From NCBI GenBank assembly GCA_023334545.1, contig JAADVB010000038.1:1-64000 (forward strand): a stretch of DNA of 64,000 nucleotides, given 5' to 3'. The DNA is from Salisapilia sapeloensis CBS 127946. Lineage: Eukaryota > Protista > Oomycota. Below are positions 45,317 through 57,497 of this stretch, piece by piece. How positions within the stretch are numbered: position 1 is the stretch's first letter; each line of letters starts with the position of its first letter. A program made the translations under genes and the position numbers. The notes beneath the pieces are model-generated. The model saw nothing but the letters and a program-made list of their open reading frames with translations, did no database searches and was not told the DNA's origin.

Positions 45317-46933
45317 ATGGCTAATCACATTCTGCTCTCAGTGAGGGAATATGCCGTGCTACTTGTTAACCAGTGGAAACGTTGTCAAGTATCTCGCAAA
45401 GGAGTCTACACGATTGAACGTCTAAGGGCACTTCAAATGTATTCTGCCAGCCATTCTCTCGTGCACAGCATTGCTTTCTCGGTACTGATTCCAATGCCTG
45501 TGTTTGCTATCATTCTACTCTTTGATGTATTCCCATTGGCATCGCCAAGCGACCCGTGGCAAGCCAACTACGTTGCTTTCGGTCGCGTCTTTTGCATGAC
45601 CTTTGTCTGCTCCATTGGCGCTGTCACTCAGATCTTCCAACTAGTTCCATTGCTTCACTTGAGATGGCGAGATGTACTCGTCGTCGCTTCTTCCACAAGT
45701 ACGTTGGTCGTGATAATCCTGATTCTCTTGGCCGAGTACTGGGTGTACCCCACACCATTCGCTCTGCTTTTGCTCCCTGCTGTCTTTATGCTGGTCGTAG
45801 GCGCACTCTGCAGCTCCAAATTCGGCACATCGCCGTCTCTAGAGCTGCGAACGCAGATACGACGTCTCTTTGCCATATATCTCAGTCAGGCAGTAATTGT
45901 CATAGCCTACATGGGATACACGATAATCTTCTACCAACTTCCAGCAAAAGGCCAAGCCTATTTTGTCTTGCTTTTACCAATGATCAAGTTCGCAGGCAAG
46001 CTCGTTATCGCATGGTTACTACACAACTCTCCTCAGGACATTCCAGAGACAACCGTTTTCATCAGCGAGCTTTTCAATGCCTTGTACGCTGCCAACTGCA
46101 TGCAAACGAGCACTTCGAACTGGGCAACGATCCTCCTCATCGGATTCGACGTTGGCAGCTCTATCATGTCGCTCACCGATTTATACTTATCGTCCAAGGT
46201 GATCTACAACTTTAACAGGAGAAATGAAGGCCAAAGCTTACTGCATGAAGCGTTGGAGCTATGGGAATTCTCGACCGGTGAGACCAGTCGGTGCATCTCG
46301 CGAGTACCATTTAATGCTGTCGTGCCAGTTCATCGACAGGAGAACGTGAATGGCAGACTGTTAGTAGTGCTTCCAGCTAGGTGCAGCACATCTGAACTCT
46401 TCCGACAAGATTCGGCACACGATGATAAGAAGTTGAGGCTGTTCAAATGGACACAAGGGGAGCAAAAGATATTAGTGGAGAAAACGCAGGTACTATTGTT
46501 TCGAAGCGAGTACTTGATATTGGTGGAATATGTCGAGTGCATCGTGCCCATGATCTGCCTGACCTATGTCTGGATCCTCCATTACCTACCAAATGCCAGG
46601 TACCATCTCTATTTGAGGAGCATCGACGAGGGCCAGCTTGAACGAGCAAGTCGCAATTTGCTGCTTTACGTTTTGATGGAATGCATATCGTTCATTGGGC
46701 TCATGGGTCTACTACGCTGGTGCTTTGGCTTTTCACCCGTCAAGCAAGTGGCGTTCGTCCTTGAGAACCAGTCTACATCGATCCTCGGTCGCTTTGCCAT
46801 GTGGCTGACACTCGTACTCCACATTCCCATCCTCCACTTTGGTACGTCTATTCTCTATCTCTTGCATGCAACCTACGACTACGACTAACTGGACACAGGC
46901 CTAGCGTTTGGTCTGAACTGGTCCTATTTCTAG
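45317..46933 (+). CDS. Oomycete-type multipass membrane protein of unknown function
   Basis: 'YTIERLRALQMY', 'FPLASPSDPWQAN', many hydrophobic segments, 'EYLILVEYVECIVP' and 'KQVAFVLENQ'. A short terminal exon follows an intron. The family is recognised from memory only. Confidence 0.7.
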
Positions 46934-47197
46934 CTCGTTCCTCATCTACGACGTCTTAGGATCCATGTTCGAAAGCCCGCCAAATACTTATGTCGATACG
47001 ATTTTCAAGTACATTTTGCGTTTTGAAAGGCATTCTTTCGATTGGCTATAATTCAAATCCAGGCGCCGGATTGGTTGTTTTCATATACTGAAATTCCCGC
47101 TCGATAAGCGTCGGAAAATCGCGGGAGACGGAAGTGCTCTCGTCTGCAGCCAGTACGCGAGCTACGATCACTTGCAGATTTATTAAGATACACTACA

Positions 47198-48442
47198 ATG
47201 GACTTGCTTGGCGGATCCTTCCACCTAGGTACTTTTTATATCGTCTATTGCTCCCTATCGTCTGTAGATGCCGACTAAACGTTGTGTCGAGTAGACGGAG
47301 AAGATCTCGAGACATGGGCTGGAGGCAACGTCACGGACCTAGCGCCACTCGTGGGCTCATTCATCGATGACGATCTGCATCAGTCGTCGGAAATCAACGC
47401 TGCAGCGCACGATAACTGGCTGACGTTTCTAGACACGTACGAGCCGAATGCGTCGACTTCAGGTCTTTCGCTCGACCATGACGTTGCTCCTTTTACGACT
47501 TCCGAGTCAGAGGCGTCGACAGAGCCAACGAGGAGTCGAAAGAAGCGAAAGTTGTCCGAAAACGTCGACACCAACCTAAAAAAACGCAAGGTAGAGCCGA
47601 AGCACGAGAGCCATTCGCCTACGAAAGCGTCCGTACGCGTAGCACAAGAGAAAGTAGTTCATTGGCCGACCGTCCGTAGCAAAAGGACGAAACAGTCGAG
47701 TCCTGATAAGAGTCGTAAAACGTCTTCCGAAGCGTACTCGACGCCTCCGACGAAAGCATCCAAGAGCGCATCGCACGAGACGTTCGTGACGCCTCCACCA
47801 ACGGAGGCGTATGCTCTAGAGAGCTTCTTTTCATCTCCAACGCCTCAGAACAGGAAGAAGAAGAAGATGTCTGTGAAAATGCGTTTCGTTCCTTTGGACA
47901 GCAAGACGCGGAATTGTGTCGCGGCCTGTGGGTGCAACCCAAAGGTCGAATTAGCCCTCCGGACGTCGAAGAACGTGTCGAAAGTCGTAGCATACATGCG
48001 TCGCAAGTGGAAAGAAGTGGATGAGATCATGCCAGTCGGGACGTCTCTCCATCTCTCTCCGACAGAAGTTTGTACGACGAGTTGGACGGAAGATAGTACC
48101 GAGGTTTCTTGTCTAGATATTTGGAATGAGTATGGAAAGAAGGTGAATGGAGAGAGCGTCGTCATGGTCTCGTACGTATGGAAAGCAGCTACTGGATCAC
48201 CTTCAGACGCGCAAGAGTCCAAGGAAGAGGACTCGACTCCTCCTGCCACTGCATCAGATGCAGACAAAACGAAAGCAAAGGAGGACTGGGGTCTCGGGAT
48301 GGAACTCCCGGAAGACGTGGCGATCCCGGCACTTTCGACACAGCAAGAGGCGAAACCGAAGAAGAAGCTTCGACGGATCACACCGACACTTGTATCCAAG
48401 TCGGTTATGGAGGAGCTGGAGAAAGTATTTAAGGCAGAGTAG
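47198..48442 (+). CDS. Protein with a TKI1/Cramped-like C-terminal domain; one 5' intron
   Basis: 'VKMRFVPLDSKTRNCVAACGCNPKVELALRTSKNVSKVVAYMRRKW' resembles plant TSL-kinase interacting protein 1 and CRAMP1. Preceded by a basic NLS-like, Ser/Thr-rich region. Confidence 0.55.
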
Positions 48443-48520
48443 TGTACGATCAGAGACGAGTAACATGGCTTGTTTTCACATTATGTTTCCGTCGCAGGTC
48501 TTGCGATAGACTCTTTCTTA

Positions 48521-49411
48521 CTACTCGAAGGCGCTCGGACGGTCACGGCGCTGTTCATACGCTTGACGGGCGGACATGCCTGCTGGCATAGTTAGACCAA
48601 TGTGTAGGAAGGATAGAATAGGACGTACGGATGGACACTTGGCTTTGGCGTTATGGGAGAAAGTAGTAAAGGTCGAGCGCGGAGGACGGTACGTTCCTGG
48701 TCCAGGAGGCACGTCCGTATTCCGCATGAACGTGACTTCGGACTCGTTCCGGCGCTGGATGTTGCCCACGAGCCAACTGCTTCGACTCCCGACGTTTGCA
48801 TGTGGGTTCCGGTCTTCCTTGGGACTGCCTGGTGGAGGGTCTCGACGACGACTGCGTGCTGGGGAAGCTAGTCGTCCGCCTGCTACGTCTGGTTGATGTG
48901 GCGCGTAGATCGGACCAGGAGAGAACTCGCCCATGTTTTCCCGCGTGTGTTGAGACGAATAGAACTGTACGCGTTGGTTGTTCATCTTTGCACGATCTTC
49001 CTCTTCTCCATGTCGATCGCCAAAGCGACTGGCGTTCCCAAAGACAGCACCAGTGAGGTGTCGAGGTGTGGATTTGCTGCTCGGTATATTCGAAGCAGAC
49101 GTTGGCTTTCCATGATGTGCTGAAGCAGTTAGTTGCTGAAATTTATCTCCCTCCGGCCTCGGGATGGATAGAGGAGTCGTTGTCGATATGAGCACGCCTT
49201 TGCGATCGATACACGAAAGCCAGGACTCGCGATGTCCACGTCGTGGACTGCTCATTTGCGGTAACCTCGTTCTGGACGGTGGTGCGCTTGGCGCTAAGGA
49301 GAACGAGGTTTGCTTTATTTTGCCTCCGTTGGCATGATACGACTCAACATTGTACTTTGGACCGGGACTATCACATGCCGTGAGCTCTCGCTGGTGACCA
49401 GGTCCGGTCAT
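48521..49411 (-). CDS. Protein with sperm-tail PG-rich (SHIPPO/ODF3-type) repeats
   Basis: Repeated (S/P)PGP.Y motifs: 'DSPGPKY', 'FSPGPIY' and 'PPGPGTY'. Gene ends are uncertain. Confidence 0.6.
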   Translation of the reverse strand: MTGPGHQRELTACDSPGPKYNVESYHANGGKIKQTSFSLAPSAPPSRTRLPQMSSPRRGHRESWLSCIDRKGVLISTTTPLSIPRPEGDKFQQLTASAHHGKPTSASNIPSSKSTPRHLTGAVFGNASRFGDRHGEEEDRAKMNNQRVQFYSSQHTRENMGEFSPGPIYAPHQPDVAGGRLASPARSRRRDPPPGSPKEDRNPHANVGSRSSWLVGNIQRRNESEVTFMRNTDVPPGPGTYRPPRSTFTTFSHNAKAKCPSVRPILSFLHIGLTMPAGMSARQAYEQRRDRPSAFE

Positions 49412-50319
49412 ATTGGCTAGAATCGTATCGGAATGTCAGTTACCTACTTATATGTATCGTTTGGAAGGGCTCAAGTACCTCGTTGTGTTTGGAAACGCTC
49501 CGCTTTGGGAATGGAAAGTTGGGGTGCTCTTTTCTTGGTCAATTCAACATTCAGATTGTACTGACCCACAGCTCCTTTATCCTCTGATGGTTTTATACAT
49601 AAGTACGTGTGTCTGAAGGATGTACATGGAGGTGCTTGGCATACCTTTTGATACGACTGGTATGTGCGCAGACGGCGCGCCTATGACATTCATGGTGATC
49701 ATTAGACTGACTAGAGCATTGCATCGAAATATGAAACTCCTCTACCTCCAATCCAGCTCTGTCGCTTATGCCATTGCTTCTTCTCATCCACTGGATGGTA
49801 TTCTGGTTTCATCACCGCATAGCTCTTAATCGTCCTACTCTCTCGTCCATATACCGGTCCTGGCGATTTAGCTGTTCTGACTGAGTTAGCTATTTGATTT
49901 CCAATGGGAACCCTGCTATCGATGGAACATACCTGCTTCATCTGGGAAGCGATCAGAGCAGCCAAACATACCTCTACTACAGTCTCAGTGAAATGAGGGA
50001 TTCGTGAATCGAGAGCCCACAGCAAAGGTAGTAAGGAGATAAATATGGCTGAGCACCGATTGCTCTATCCGATTGGCTTACTGTTTTTAGCTTTATTCAT
50101 GGAAACTCTGCGAAATTACTTAGTTGAAAATTCTTACTAAAGCTACTACAGTATATCTCTAGCATCTTCATCTTTAAAGCAGGAAGTAGACACTCTTGCT
50201 CGCCTTGCGCTACATATTGAACATATGACAATGACTTTTAAACAAGTGTACAATATCGTTCCAAAATAGACTAAGGTAAAGTATTCTTGCACAAAAGACA
50301 CAACACCAGACACCAAACC

Positions 50320-51287
50320 ATGCAAAGCTGCTCGAGGCGTTCGATGCGGGCTTTGCGGGCGGCTACTCACTCCCCACAGCAGTCCTTGCTCTTGCGATCA
50401 CTTGCATCTTCTTCAAAGGCGAGTGGCGGATCGAAAGAACCTTCTAATGTGTTGGAAGGAGCAGAAACGAAGCCACAGGCGACTGTGAAAGCCGAGAACG
50501 AGGAAAAAGTGAAGAAACCACGCAAAGGTATGCGTGGATTTCTCGAGTCACTGGACGAAATGGTCGAAGAGGCTGACCGGAAGGTCGAGAAGAAGTACCG
50601 ACCGAACATGTTTGCCGAGTTTAAGCAGTTTAACGACACAAATGGCAAGGTACAAGCTCATTTCGTTGGATCTGGCCTAGACATGTACTTATATTTCGTT
50701 TCATAGGTGGTTGAAGGACCATTTGATTTAACAGAGGTGTCGAACGCTCGGACCGTGACGTCTTTACCAGTGACGAATCTAGAGGGCGATTCGACCGACA
50801 TGGAAAAGCTCGTGGCGCGAGGCAAAGTCTCGCTTGTGCTTACGTCATTTAAGAACAACGGACTGAACGCGTTGCCTGCTTGGCGAGAGTCTTTCCTCCG
50901 CTCTTTTGCAGCCAACCCTCATGTTCAGGTCTTCACGCTGAGCATCATCGAGGAATGGTACATGCAGCTAGTCAAGCCTTCGATCCTGAATGGCCTGCGG
51001 AAGCGTATTCCGAAGGAGTTCCATGCACACTCGTACGCATACTTTGGACGTAAGGATAAGTTCCGTACGTCGATGGATATGTACAATAGTTTTGTTGGGT
51101 ACGCGCACCTTGTCGATGGCAAAGGACGCATTCGATGGATGTACGTTTATTCATAGCTTTATTGGTTCATAGAAAGCTAATAACCGAATGTAGAGCTGGA
51201 GGTGAAGCGACGGAGAAGGAGTTGAAGCGAATGTACAATGCGACATCGCTGTTGTTGGAGCAGAACGCACAGAGCAGACGTAGATAA
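50320..51287 (+). CDS. ATP10: Mitochondrial ATP synthase assembly factor Atp10; two introns
   Basis: Arg/Ser-rich presequence, 'GKVSLVL', 'MYNSFVGYAHLVDGKGRIRWM|AGGEATEKEL'. Confidence 0.82.
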
Positions 51288-51328
51288 GAATGGTCAAATA
51301 GACTACATTTGTCTTGAATGGAACTTGT

Positions 51329-53299
51329 TTAAGATGTATCGGGGAGAGGAGTGACTGCAGCTGCTGTGTGTTGACTAGGCCGGTCTGTGTTTGTAGGTGA
51401 GTCGACCATACCTTTGCACATAGGACATGTCTACACAGTATGAACAGTACATGGTTAGCACACGTCTAGTCTGCAATCCAAAGAACATGCTTGGACGTAC
51501 TGGATTTCGCTGGAGCCACTCGTCAATGCAGTTTAAATGGAACGTGTGCTTGCATACGAGATTGCGGACATCGTCGTTCTCTTCGAACTCAACCTAATGG
51601 CACTTAGTTATTAGAAGTAAATCCTCGTAAGACGTATAATAGCGATCGAGGACGCACCAGACAAATCGGACAGAGCTCCTCTTCCTCTTCCATTTTTTGC
51701 ATATCGCTTGTACCATCACAAACTTGAACATGAATTTGACGCGGTGATCTGTACTTGGTTGCACCTAGTTGATTCAGCTTCTCTTTTGTCAGTCCACGCA
51801 CGATTGACATCCCTCGCGCTTGAGCATGGTCAAGGTCTCGCCGATTACGACGTCTCCACCGGATCAAGAAAGTTAGCAAGAGAAATCCCATCGCTGCGGC
51901 GGCACATAGAAATAGGAGAGCGAAAATTGCTGCACCAAGTGTCCACCACGTCGAGCCATGCGAGACGTCAGGCTCTTTTTGAAGGTAGGCGAGTGACATG
52001 TTGTACATCCATACATCACCGAGCTCTTTAAGGTAGCTGCCGCCGTATATCACGAGTCCATCGTTGCGCCATAAACCTGCGCTGTGATCGTACCGCACGA
52101 GAGGGCTATGACCGTCGTTCATTAATACAGATCTGGAAAACTCTAAATGCACTGCCTTGGAAGCGAAAAAGTCTAGCTTGACAGCAGAGACGTCACCATG
52201 GACATATGCACTACCTGACCTTCCCGTTGTGCTCGAGTACCCACCAAAGAACCACATTGTGCTCGAGTAAGGTGGGAGAATGATCGAGGTATATGCTCGA
52301 GAAATAAAGACTGTTGTTGGCAATGCAGATATCCATTCATTCGACGTGAGCGAGTATAGCCACGCATCTTCTGCCATTTCCCATGACACCTTCCTCTCAC
52401 CAAGCTTCCGTCCACCAAAAACGAACAAATATTGATTACCATGGGCATCCGATATGATCTGGACCGAGTGTGCAGATCGGGCAGACGGATTTCTCCGACT
52501 TGACGGCATCATCTCGGACCATTCGCAAGTACTCAAGTTGTAAATCCAAAGATCATTGTACTCGATCGGAGTTTCTCTTCCAAAACCATCGTAACTGATT
52601 CCTCCAAACATTAATAGTGTGTTTTCAAATATTACAATGCCGGCTTCCGATCGTGGTGCAGGTACGAGCGGGCCGTCTTCGACAACGTCCTCAATCCATT
52701 GCAACGGAGAGCCATCATACACTTTTGAGTCAAGTGCTAGACGCCATACTTGGTTATGCTGTACCAATTGAGTGTGCTGCCAAGACCCCACCGCTTGCGT
52801 CGCTTCTCTATTTACGCTAATACCTCCAAAAATGACGATCTCCTGGACACTTTCGTTGGCATGCAAAGCCTGCAGTTGCAAGAGGAGTGCCATGGCATTT
52901 AGTCATCGAAAGTAATTACAAAAAATAGATAAGGATACAGAGGCATGATGAAAGCGTGAAGCAGGCTTCTCAGCACTTGGAATGCCTACTTCTGTCCATT
53001 TTAGCTCTTCCAGGTCGAAAAACCACGTATCATCGTACTCTAGGAGACTGCCAGTCGATGTGGAGGCTACGCCACCATGGATGAAAAAACCATTTTCTAC
53101 CATGACCATTGCATGTGCAGCACGTTTGGGCGGCTCATCAAATGTGACACGACTATGATATTCCCAAAGCTTTGTCCATTGTGCAGTTGCCAAGTGAAGA
53201 CTGAACGCAATATAAGCTAGTATGCACACTGCAAGATACTGGTTAGTTTAACGCTTCAAATTGAAGTGCTAGAGGATACGTACGGCGAAGATTGATCAT
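51329..53299 (-). CDS. Signal peptide, Kelch repeats, TM and RING-H2 protein (membrane E3 ligase), multi-exon
   Basis: Spliced signal peptide MINLRLCILAYIAFSLHLATA; Kelch GG/W repeats; TM 'WWTLGAAIFALLFL...LLLTFLI'; RING-H2 'CPICL|...CKHTFHLNCIDEWL..|TCPMC'. Confidence 0.8.
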
Positions 53300-53934
53300 C
53301 TTGGTCACAGCAATCTACGTCTTCGGCTGATCTTTCACAATCGAGTAGTGAATGTTGAACATGAGGCTACAAGACCGTTTTTACAGGCAATCCCTAGATC
53401 TATTTTTACATGGGCAAACGATCTTACGCTTGCATGATAAGAAGAATACAGACAGCTACATTCGTGCCAAAATTAATTTGTTTGATATTAACATTCGGTG
53501 TTTCCATCACTCTGCTAGAAGGCACTCCTTTTCCGACAACTTGATCGCACGAAATTATGTGCAATAAGTATGATCAAGACATTAGGATGAGGATTCTTCG
53601 TCCTGGACCGATTGAATCGGATCGTGATGCCGTTGGGGATCCTCGGATGTATCTTTCTTACCTTCTTCATTGGGCTTATTCACATTGAAGACTGACCTGT
53701 AGACATCCATATCGTCTTTACTTAACCCACACTGGAGCAGAATTGCTCGCCACTATGTGGACACAAGCGTTAATGGTAAGACACGATAGAGATCAAGCTC
53801 AAAGATTACATTGAGCTCTATGCTTGCAATCGATTTCATTTCCATCTGACTAAAGACCGAGCATCGGTTCCAAGGTGGCTCCAAGCTCTATTTAACATGA
53901 TTACAATCCACTCGCGATACATTTAAAGCTGAAG

Positions 53935-56900
53935 GCAATGGATACGTACCTCATCCGACGCTTCGTCTGAGTCCAGAACACCTAGAGGCACCTCCAGTTT
54001 CTCGCATATGGAGGTGATATGAAGATCCAAGAGGCTAGCAATGACTTCATTTGACAATGACAAGTTCACTTCTTTAGCTGAGATTCCGTCTAGAATAGTT
54101 TGGTCGACACAGCGCAATGCGAGGTGACCAATCAATCGGAGACATATTCGTCGAAGTTGGTTGATATCTAATAGAGTCAGGTGTAAGAAGGAGAGCAGGA
54201 AATACTAGATGACGTGGAGACTTACCAGTATAGCGATTGTGGTCGTGATGTAGAAAGAACTTTTGGAGGCTTTGAATCAATCGTCTTGCTCCACAGACAA
54301 AGTATATAATGTCAATTTTCCATTGCTGCAAGCGTGTTGTGGACACTTTCAGCGATACATATACGTTTTCCAGACATGAAAACACTTGGACAGAAGTAGA
54401 TGCAATGAGTCTCATGGCCTTTGCTGCAAACGTCCAACTTGCACTGCTCTCATGGAGACTTGGATGTACTTTTATAAGGACAAAATCAATCGTTCCTTGC
54501 AATCGATACAAGAGAAATTGGATGGCATAGGTACAACGGCCATTGGAAAGCCATGCTTGGTTCGCTGTCCAACACTGCTCTCGTATCGCTGGAAGTATAT
54601 TCGAAGTGCATTCTCGGAAGATCTTCTGATGGAGCTTCGTCTCTAGCATCGAAACTAGTTTACTCAGCTCATCTTGTATTCGCATTGTCGCAAGCTTGGT
54701 CCAGGCGATGTGGAGGTCAGTAGATTGATTGGATGTTTTACTCGCACTTGCTTGTACTTGATGAATGTGTATTCGCTCGCAAAAGTTATGCCAGACGAAC
54801 AAGAGGCGAGATATACTGGTATAGACTGCGAAGGCCGATTGTATACTTCTTATGGACAAATTTGCGTGAGGTTTACCGAAAACATTGAGCTCGATAGTCG
54901 ATTTGTCTACGAGAAGAGCAACATACTCATCGAGTACTTGAACGAAAGCACTTGCGATCGTCTGATTTGGCGTGTCTAAACTTGATCCTAACAGCTCTAC
55001 TTCCTCGAGGATATGGTGCGCAAGTTTGTCAAACGTCCACGGGGATAAACGTTCACTAGACGAAGCTCCACTATCAACTGTCCACTTTCCAAATGTTCCA
55101 TCCTCTAGAAAATAACCTTCCTCTGGCATATCATTTTCTGAACCAGGATAGACGTATGTACGTTCAGCTACATTCTTTTGACTTGGTGCACGGTAACTTG
55201 CGTTCAATTCTCGTATCGACTGAAACGCATATCGAGCGTTCGAGGTCGCTGATCGGATCGAAAGAGATGAAAAGGAGCGCTGACGGGTATGACCTGTCTT
55301 TGGTTCTTTCAACTGCTTCGGCCTCGAGTAGATAGACGCTGTGTGGAGAGCTGAGCGAAGGTAACGCGCGTAGAGATGTCTGACTTTATCGAGAGGCTCG
55401 TCAAGCGACTTCCACAGAGCAATATTGGCTCGAAGAGTCAAGTTTCTATCCGGAAGAACGGAAGTCATTTCGTCGACATTGCTAGCTAAGATATGCAGCA
55501 TGTCCTGAAGCTGCTTTCCTTGATACAACCGATAGTGTGGATTTGCAGGTGCTGGGTAGTAGCGTAGACTTCGAATGGAAACCCATCTATTAAGTCCAAT
55601 CGATTGATAGTGATTCAATGATCGGTATGATCGTTCTAACCAAGGACATGGCACCAAGAAACACCTTTTATCTTCTACTTTGTCTACGAACACTTCAAGC
55701 CATCGAGTGTCTTTGCCTTTGAAGTTCACGAGCATCCTCTCGCCAACGTAGTTTCGAATTGATGGGGATATTCCATTGCGACCGAAGCGACGAAGGACAT
55801 CGTTTAGATGATGAAACAGGATGGGCACGTAGATTTGTCCGTCGAGTGACTCTTGCCTCTTGTCTATATTATGGGCGGGGTCAGTGTGAGAGACACAAAT
55901 GTCTGTATCCGTGCGTGAGACGACGTGCTTTTCCCACCAAACGCCGATGATATGCGGATCAGCCACGAGGAGATCGATGTCGGATGTTTCTTCATGCAAA
56001 ATATGTTCTCCAGACTGCAGCACAAGAGACCGCATGGTCAACTGCTTGTCGAACTCGAAGGGTTGTAGAGGCAGACCTCCCATCGTGTCTGGAAATAGAT
56101 CCATCTTGGACCGGAACTTGCGTCGTCGAAAGTAACACTGTGCGATCGGATGATCAAGTAGGTCCTGATCGGATGCTTGTCCCAGTTGCTCTCGTTCTTC
56201 CCACCCTTTTGCAGTGGTTACCGTACTATCGATGATATTTGTCGCTGTTACTGATATATGTTTGCTGTAGACATCGACGACGAGTGATTCGAACCGATCA
56301 CCGACACTCGGCTGGTCTGATTGTGCCGTGTCTCCGAAGATGGTTGAGATGGATCCTTCCGACGTAAATACACAAAGGTTATCGATGTCTTGCTGAAGAT
56401 GTTCTTTGATCGATTGTCCTTGCATCAGCAGCGTTTTCACGTTTGGCAGTTTCCACCGTGAGTACTCTGGCGATAGTGAGTCTAATTCTAGTGCACGATC
56501 GACCTGCACTTGTCTCGCATCCTTGTATGCTGTCCACTGATGGGAAACGGGCATGAATCGAACGTAGTACAAGACAGAAGACATTGCCAAGTGTCTCTGC
56601 TGAAGCTCATCGCGTATACTTTGAGCTAGCGTATCCCCGAGCTCTTGAAAAAGATTTTCGACTTGATTAATAACTCCTTCGCTTCGGACGGTGGTATCTG
56701 CTTCGGAGGTCAAAAGGTCTTTGATCGTAGGACCTTTTGCTAGGTCTCTTTGAAAGGGATCAGCGCGACCGATCTGACGCTGTAACTTGGGTTTGCCTCC
56801 CATATGCACCTTGGTGTGCTTCTCAACGACTTGAAATGCATCGCGAGTGTCTAGATAAAGTTTGGCTGCAGCACATAGTCGTTTCGATGTGTCTACTTCG

Positions 56901-57019
56901 ATGCCTTGTGACACCAAATGCTGGATTTGGAGTAGCAATTTGAGTACGACTTGTGCGTCCTCCGTTATTGACTGGTGGTCTGGTGGAGACAAACTTGGGA
57001 GCTTCAGGTTGGCATCCAT
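53935..57019 (-). CDS. Large (>1000 aa) mostly helical hypothetical protein; 3' end continues through further introns
   Basis: A 981-aa ORF plus a downstream exon ('DINQLRRICLRLIGHLALR...'). Lower GC than the housekeeping genes. No confident family. Confidence 0.6.
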
Positions 57020-57497
57020 CTCGTTTTGCTATCGTGCTATCGAAACTGCTCGAGATACGTTTCATTTGTCTACTCATACTCTAGTGCCTGATAAAAGTAG
57101 ACCAAGTACCTAGCAAGTACTCCAGACTAGTTTTGTTCCTTGTTCGTAGGAAAGGATGCTGAATGCTAGTCAACAACTCCATTCGATCTGAATGACCAAG
57201 GTTTGCCAATAAGAATATCACATACTTTTAGCTATGGTAAAAGTACTTATAAATAGTAAGTACCGTCAAAAGGGACAAGTATCCAAGGAGGATGCAAGTT
57301 GCCCACCTTACCATTCGAGCTGAACCTCCCTCCCTAATAGAACACCTCTCTTTCCTAAACATCTCTCTTTCTGAATATAAAATACCTATATGAACGTACA
57401 TGAAGTAAACAAAAGGTGTTTCTAAAATAATCGAACCACCCATTTTTCAGACAGCACGACTGACAGTCAAGGTCAGTTATTCTCGTTCTTCTCTAGC

